Part shown: in pieces, positions 26,539-32,000 of the stretch
Layout of the letters: the number at the start of each line of letters is the position of its first letter
How positions within the stretch are numbered: the stretch's first letter is position 1
NCBI GenBank assembly: GCA_021498095.1
Contig: JAIZWK010000001.1
Span: forward strand, 2,010,001 to 2,042,000
Source: Candidatus Harpocratesius repetitus
GTDB taxonomy: Archaea; Asgardarchaeota; Lokiarchaeia; Sigyniarchaeales; Promethearchaeaceae
Reading direction: 5' to 3'
Length of the DNA stretch: 32,000 nucleotides
The notes under the pieces: model-generated
Told to the model about the DNA's origin: nothing
The model's database searches: none
Seen by the model: only the letters and a program-made list of their open reading frames with translations
Translations under genes and position numbers: made by a program

Positions 26539-26716
26539 GATCTTAATCAATAAAAAATCATTCTTTTTTTAGTTTATTATCAAAAGTTTGGAATTTCTTC
26601 ATGAATTTCATTTCATTAATTCAAAGATTCCATAACCCTTGTCAATTTATTCGCTCAAATTTTATTTATAATTTGGATTTTAAGAAGAAAATGATCGTCA
26701 AATTAAAATTTTGAAA

Positions 26717-28287
26717 TCACGAAATCGTTCTACATAATCGATCTATAGAATTTATATATTTAATCTTGATTCCAGCCCTGGTTATAGGTGATTTATCTTG
26801 ATTTGGGCCGGAATATGGTGGAGAAAGGTTGTGATGCAATCTTAGTATTTCAAATACCGCTTTAGAGTATTTTGTATCTTTCATTTTTCGATATTTTTTA
26901 AAAAAAAGTCGATATCTGCCAAAAATTGATTCAATTGTGTTGGTGTTAGCTCGATTGGGTGGAACCATGCTTTGAATTCTCTCAGTTTTATCGTTAAACA
27001 CCTTTTTCTTATTTGAAATAATTTTGCTAGTTTTTTAGCAATTAGATATGGTGAATCAGAATAAATTTTAAGTAAACGACGCTCCTTTTTCTCAAATTCA
27101 TTCCATTTGCTGTCTAATAAATCCTTAAATTCCTTTACAAGTCGTCCACTTTGAAGAGCAATGATTTTAGATTTAATATAATGCAATTCCGCCTCTTTCA
27201 AATCCTTTTGAAAATACTAGATTTTCTTTTGCCAATGTTTGACCTGTTTTTGATATGATTTTATATATGCTCGAAGATTCTGAAGATCTTTTTTATATTT
27301 TGTCCGCTGTGCTTTAAATTTTTTCAATTAATTTCCCCCTTTAGATTGCTTGAGAAATCTATCTTTTATTATATATTTCATCGAGGAAGAATAAATTTCG
27401 TCGGAAAAATGAAATAAAAAAATTCTTTGGATTAGATCCAAAAAGTAGTACATTTTTTCATAATTATAGAATCTCTGGCTATTTTTAATTACGAAGGATC
27501 AATTCATTGACACCTCGGTTTGAATTTTTTTCTCCAACTTTTCGTTTAATTGAAATAATCGTTTAATTATTGAATTGTTCTATACAATAAATAGAATTTT
27601 GGGGCTAAATCGGTGTGGAACAATGGCTATTCCTAAGATTTCGGGTTCATTTGTGATTTTAATATATACTCGAAGTCACTGTTCAAAGCCTTCATGTGTT
27701 TTAAGAACAGTTTAATGCACGCGAATCTCAATCACACTAATCATATTCTCCGCAGGATAAATCGATATAACTTTTGCACACATAGTCTTGTATTTTCTTG
27801 ATAGCAACTGTAACTGCGGAAAGCATATTTTTTGCTAGTTTGAGAGTTTTATAAAAAAACAATTTTTGCATATCCCTGCTTTTTTTTGTCAAAAGCTTTA
27901 AAATATTGTACGTTTTGCTTTCAAGTTTCAATTATGTTGCCAAAAATAAATATTTGAAAGATAATTTGGGAATAATTTAAAAAATATGGCCTCTCTTAAT
28001 TGATCCTTTATCCTTAAAAATAGTCGAATCTCTTTTTTCTAAAGATATTTTTAATTTCTTTTCTTGATTTATTTTTTTAAATCTTATACTCAATTTAGAA
28101 CCAGATGATGCTCTTCCATGATGGAAACCCAATTTTTGAAATAATTTCGAATTAATTGAATGAATTGTTTGAACATTTTAATCACTACTAAATATGGGAA
28201 AATACACGTATATAATATTAATGCTGTATTTTGAATGAAATCGAGAATATCGCTAAAAAATTGGTCTAATTTTCTAAAAAACTTCAT
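26717..28287 (-). pseudogene. Heavily decayed DDE-type transposase (multiple stops and frameshifts)
   Basis: Stitched frames read QKLGFHHGRASSGSKL..KRDSTIFKDKGSIKRGHIF*..., then ...LQNLRAYIKSYQKQVKHWQKKI*YFQKDLKEAEL..., then NTNTIESIFGRYR...LHHNLSPPYSGPNQDKSPITRAG. DST and NxxES resemble DDE residues. Includes ORF-track fragments 28090-28287, 27737-27931, 26881-27201 and 26717-27001. Confidence 0.6.
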
Positions 28288-28407
28288 GTTTTTAGATAAA
28301 AATCCTTTTAATCAAACAGATTTTTAGTTATTTGATTCGTCTTTTTTTCAAATACCTCATAAATTTACTAATCAACTTAATAAATAGATATTATATACTT
28401 TAAACAT

Positions 28408-28992
28408 TTAATTTGTAATTATCGGTTTCCATGAACCACGCTTGTATAATTCGTAAACAATTTCTGCTTCATGAACTGCATCATCATAAGCACGATGGAT
28501 TTCACTGTAAATATGATCATTTGAAAAGAAGAATTCCCAGCATTCTTCCACACTTGGCCATTTGTAATCCGAACCATCAAATCGAGGGGGAAGTTTTAAT
28601 ACTGGAGTGGCTGCAATCATTGGGCAGGGTAATTCTCGAGGAATACGTATTCCCCGATTTTTTAAAAAAGAAAAATCGAATTCTTTATTATATGCAGTAA
28701 CAGGAAATTTATTCATAATTCTTTGAATTTTTGGTGCTATCTCGCTCCACTTAGGTGCATTTAATATATCATTAATTGTCAATGTAGAATTTTGAAAAAT
28801 CCAACAATTTTCCAGCATTTTTGCCTCAAATTTCATCTCAAACTCAGGTTCACGGCATAATGAATCAAACAATTTTGTAATAAAATGAGTTCTCAAATCA
28901 ATCATCGCAATACCAATTTCAACAATTGTGCCTGTTTGTGGTGTTCTTCCAGTGGTTTCGATATCAAGAACAGCAATCCGCATGTTTTGCAT
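28408..28992 (-). CDS. DEDDh 3'-5' exonuclease (DnaQ/RNase T-like)
   Basis: ExoI LDIETTG, ExoII AYNKEFD, ExoIII HRAYDDA. Confidence 0.93.
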   Translation of the reverse strand: MQNMRIAVLDIETTGRTPQTGTIVEIGIAMIDLRTHFITKLFDSLCREPEFEMKFEAKMLENCWIFQNSTLTINDILNAPKWSEIAPKIQRIMNKFPVTAYNKEFDFSFLKNRGIRIPRELPCPMIAATPVLKLPPRFDGSDYKWPSVEECWEFFFSNDHIYSEIHRAYDDAVHEAEIVYELYKRGSWKPIITN

Positions 28993-29190
28993 TAATGATT
29001 GTATATATGGGAATAATTTAAATTAGGTTATTAAGTAAATATCATACTTTTTATTATTATATTTCTCACTCGTTTCTATGAGAAATAAATATATAAAATT
29101 TGAAATTCTTTTTTCAATAAGAATTAAAAAGAAAAAAAGATTTTAGGGTAAAATTTTCAATCTTTTTTGTATGATGGGTTATTTCCTTGT

Positions 29191-29304
29191 CTATCCAAAA
29201 GAAAAAAATGAGTTGGTTGGATTTAAAATGTAAATAACTCCTAATAATATCACAAACAAAAAACCATAGCACAAAAAGTCTCCACAAAAACTTCGATCAC
29301 TCAT
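29191..29304 (-). CDS. Possible small single-TM protein (37 aa), absent from the ORF track
   Basis: MSDRSFCGDFLCYGFLFVILLGVIYILNPTNSFFSFG*, with GGGGA 7 nt upstream of the ATG. Lies in a 460-bp gap. Confidence 0.4.
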   Translation of the reverse strand: MSDRSFCGDFLCYGFLFVILLGVIYILNPTNSFFSFG

Positions 29305-29455
29305 AAAAGATCCCCGATGTTATTTGCCTATTTTTAAATCATTATTGGCATTTAACAAACAAAAAGGAGAATTATTAACTTAAAAAAGTTATAGAAAAAT
29401 TCTCCACCTTTTGGAATGGTGTGCTATTATTAAAAACTTTTTACTGCTTTCACAC

Positions 29456-30241
29456 TCACTCGATATCAGGATTTAGTAATATACATTTTTTCATATAATA
29501 CAAAACAATAATATAGGCTATCGTTTTTGGAATCATCAGCATCCCTAGTAATGGAATCAAATGGACTCCTAACAAGGTTCCTGTATAAGTAAGAAAAGAA
29601 ACAATAATCCAAATTGCACTGTTTTTTACCGCTCGATTGATTTCTGGATGAACACTATTTGATTTCTTTGTAAGGTTATATGATTTTATGAATAAATACA
29701 AAACCTCTATACCAATAATATATAATGGCAAATTGGTTAGCAGGCGAAAACTAAAAATTGTATAATAATATACTGGTTCTGCTCCATATTGATTCCAAGG
29801 GAGTAATATTAGTATTATTCTCACGATTACAGAAATATATGCTACTGCATCAAGTGTTTTAGTATTTTGTCCTAAAGATTTTAAATTCACAATTTCATCT
29901 TTTTTAGAATAAGTTTCTTTCCAAAACAGATAAAACAACAGGTAAAAGAATGTCATTGAAATGCCAGTAATAATCAAACCTGCACCATAAATCAGAACTC
30001 CTATTGAACTAGTATAAATATCAGTTCGACCTCTTATGGAATATTGATACCAAAGATAGGTTCGGGGAAGAAGATGAAAAATATCTCCAAACGCAAGCAA
30101 GAAAAAGGCATTAAATAAATATTTCCATGATTTAGAAGGGTTTTCGGGTTTTTGAATCCAAATTTGAATTAAATTTCCCCATATAATGGCCATGTAGCTC
30201 CATAAAAACACGATTGAGGGAATATTTTCAATCATCACCAT
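29456..30241 (-). CDS. Multi-pass membrane protein of unknown function (GDxFHLxPR motif family)
   Basis: About seven hydrophobic segments. AFGDIFHLLPR and GMLMIPKTIAY resemble a conserved hypothetical membrane family. Confidence 0.75.
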   Translation of the reverse strand: MVMIENIPSIVFLWSYMAIIWGNLIQIWIQKPENPSKSWKYLFNAFFLLAFGDIFHLLPRTYLWYQYSIRGRTDIYTSSIGVLIYGAGLIITGISMTFFYLLFYLFWKETYSKKDEIVNLKSLGQNTKTLDAVAYISVIVRIILILLPWNQYGAEPVYYYTIFSFRLLTNLPLYIIGIEVLYLFIKSYNLTKKSNSVHPEINRAVKNSAIWIIVSFLTYTGTLLGVHLIPLLGMLMIPKTIAYIIVLYYMKKCILLNPDIE

Positions 30242-30349
30242 AGTATATCATTCTCCTAAAGATTTTTATAATTCTTCGTTTGATTCGTATGAAATTCATA
30301 CAAATATGAATAAAGGAAGATCATTTAAAAATATTATTTTATCATCTTT

Positions 30350-30880
30350 TTAAGTATCTCTTCTTTTTGGACCCTCAATCATATTTTCTGCCCATTTTCC
30401 TATTGCATCTTGATTAAGTAAAGCTAAGACAATGCTCTGTGTTTTTTCATGAGATAGAATTAAAATTTGTAATCCTGGGGTAATATCTAAATTATCTCGA
30501 ACCTTTTTTGGAATAACAATCTGCCCTCTTTCAGCCACTTTAACTAATCCAACAAATTCATGATTTTTTGAATTCTTGAGAGGTGCCGATTCTGGCATTT
30601 TGTACCACTTTTCAGCATCTAAAAGCATCATTGCATCCTTACTGTGAGGGAGAACTCCAATAAGTAAGGCAACGTTATCACCTGCGACGATACCAAAATC
30701 TTCTCGAGCTTGCTTGGGAATACAGATCTGTCCGCGTGAATTTATTCTCGCCACGCCATAGAATTTGTTCACATTCATGGAATTACATGATAAAACAAGA
30801 TATTCTTCTTTAACAAATTTCGCTTTTCCTTGCATGCGCTTAATCGATTTAGGAATGACTAAGTTAATCGGACAATTCAT
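30350..30880 (-). CDS. AbrB/MazE/SpoVT-family regulator with tandem swapped-hairpin domains
   Basis: INSRGQICIPKQAREDFGIVAGD and VAERGQIVIPKKVRDNLDITPG, plus a degenerate N-terminal INLVIPKSIKR. Confidence 0.87.
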   Translation of the reverse strand: MNCPINLVIPKSIKRMQGKAKFVKEEYLVLSCNSMNVNKFYGVARINSRGQICIPKQAREDFGIVAGDNVALLIGVLPHSKDAMMLLDAEKWYKMPESAPLKNSKNHEFVGLVKVAERGQIVIPKKVRDNLDITPGLQILILSHEKTQSIVLALLNQDAIGKWAENMIEGPKRRDT

Positions 30881-30933
30881 GCTTTTTCCTTATTTATCTC
30901 TTTAACAAATAGATCAATGAATTCACGATATTT

Positions 30934-30961
30934 TACTGTATTTTAGAAAATATTAACAGTA
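30934..30961. promoter_or_regulatory. Inverted repeat TACTGT-N16-ACAGTA, candidate operator
   Basis: Arms at 30934-30939 and 30956-30961, in the divergent gap between the AbrB-like gene and the acyl-CoA dehydrogenase gene. Confidence 0.3.
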
Positions 30962-30994
30962 TTCTTTTAAAGGGAATTCACAAAAGAAAAATCT

Positions 30995-32000
30995 ATGATA
31001 TTACTCAATCCCCATAAAATGGATCGATACTATCCAGATGAAATTTCGAAACAAATAATGGAAAAAACCGTTCAATGGTTTGAAAACCGTGGTAAAACCC
31101 ACATGCTTCAAGATGATTTTGATCGTGTTTGGTATCAAGATTTTTTGGATTTTTTAAAAGAAAATCAAATTTTCGCCACACTACTCACTCCCACTCAATA
31201 CGGTGATGGAACAACTCGCTGGGATACGTGGCGCAATTGTGAATTTAATGAAATATTAGCGTTTTATGGATTGCATTATTGGTACACCTGGCAAGTGTCT
31301 ATTCTTGGATTAGGTCCAATATTTTTAAGTAAGAATGAAAAAGTCAAAAAAAAAACCGCACGATTGCTGAAAGAAGGGGGAATATTTGCATTTGGTCTTT
31401 CTGAAAAAGAACACGGCGCCGATATTTATTCATCAGATATGATCCTGACAAAACATGGAGAAAACGACTACACTGCCAATGGCTCAAAATACTATATAGG
31501 AAACGGTAATAAAGCGGCATTTGTTTCAATTTTTGGCAAATCTCGACCTCCATTTTTCCCTGAAGATAAGAAATATGGAGATTACACCTTTTTTGTAGCA
31601 AAAACAGATCATCCAAAATATGAATGTGTGCGGAATTTAGTTGCTGTTAGTAGCTATGTAGCTGAATATCGCCTTCACGATTATCCTATAACTGAAGAAG
31701 ATATTTTGGCAAAAGGACGTGAAGCATGGGATATGGCGTTGAATACAGTAAATATAGGAAAGTTTAATCTTGGATTTGCATCAATTGGAATTGCAACTCA
31801 TGCCTTTTATGAAGCAATTAATCATGCCAGTCACCGTATCTTATATGGAAAGGCTGTAACTGAATTTCCTCACATTCAATCCTTTTTTGTGGAAGCATAT
31901 TGTCGATTAGTCGCCATGAAATTATTCGCTTTACGCGCTGCTGATTATTTCCGAGCTGCTACTCCCAAAGATCGACGTTATCTCCTGTATAACCCCATGG
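30995..32000 (+). CDS. Acyl-CoA dehydrogenase family protein (runs off the window end; missing from the ORF track)
   Basis: ATG 30995: MILLNPHKMDRYYPDE...SILGLGPIFL...FAFGLSEKEHGADIYS...ANGSKYYIGNG...LNTVNIGKFNLG. Frame open to 32000. Confidence 0.93.
   Translation, partial: MILLNPHKMDRYYPDEISKQIMEKTVQWFENRGKTHMLQDDFDRVWYQDFLDFLKENQIFATLLTPTQYGDGTTRWDTWRNCEFNEILAFYGLHYWYTWQVSILGLGPIFLSKNEKVKKKTARLLKEGGIFAFGLSEKEHGADIYSSDMILTKHGENDYTANGSKYYIGNGNKAAFVSIFGKSRPPFFPEDKKYGDYTFFVAKTDHPKYECVRNLVAVSSYVAEYRLHDYPITEEDILAKGREAWDMALNTVNIGKFNLGFASIGIATHAFYEAINHASHRILYGKAVTEFPHIQSFFVEAYCRLVAMKLFALRAADYFRAATPKDRRYLLYNPM

Noticed and set aside
1-32000. tRNA/rRNA genes, integrase or prophage structural genes
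   Set aside because: No cloverleaf-like or rRNA-like GC-rich segments were seen, and no tyrosine integrase, capsid or terminase motifs were recognised.

Overview
AT-rich (~30% GC by eye) chromosomal window, most likely from an Asgard archaeon (Lokiarchaeia/Promethearchaeota). This is inferred from an actin-related protein, a Loki-CTERM-like anchored surface protein, an archaeal COG1202 helicase and archaeal gene families. Core genes: ABC ATPase tail plus FtsX-type permease, SF2 helicase, CxxCxGxG zinc-finger protein, ClC-CBS channel, 12-domain Ig-like surface protein, COG1751 protein, FolD, secreted prenyltransferase-fold protein, actin-related protein, ModE-like regulator, CAAX/Rce1 protease, HPS/OMPDC-fold enzyme, stomatin/slipin, E2-like acyltransferase, DEDDh exonuclease, AbrB-repeat regulator and the start of an acyl-CoA dehydrogenase. 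There are two accessory patches. At 13.4-17.2 kb lie a frameshifted LRR-like gene, a frameshifted ~647-aa unknown gene and an internally deleted IS607. At 26.7-28.3 kb lies a decayed DDE transposase. The strongest candidate for an undescribed system is a head-to-head pair at 21676-23187: an active XPF/ERCC4 nuclease and a catalytically dead ERCC1-like paralog, suggesting a eukaryote-style XPF-ERCC1 heterodimer in an archaeon. Also notable are an actin-related protein with a ~170-aa double zinc-ribbon insertion and an SSUH2-like protein. No rRNA, tRNA or CRISPR array was seen. All family assignments come from motif recognition, not database searches.
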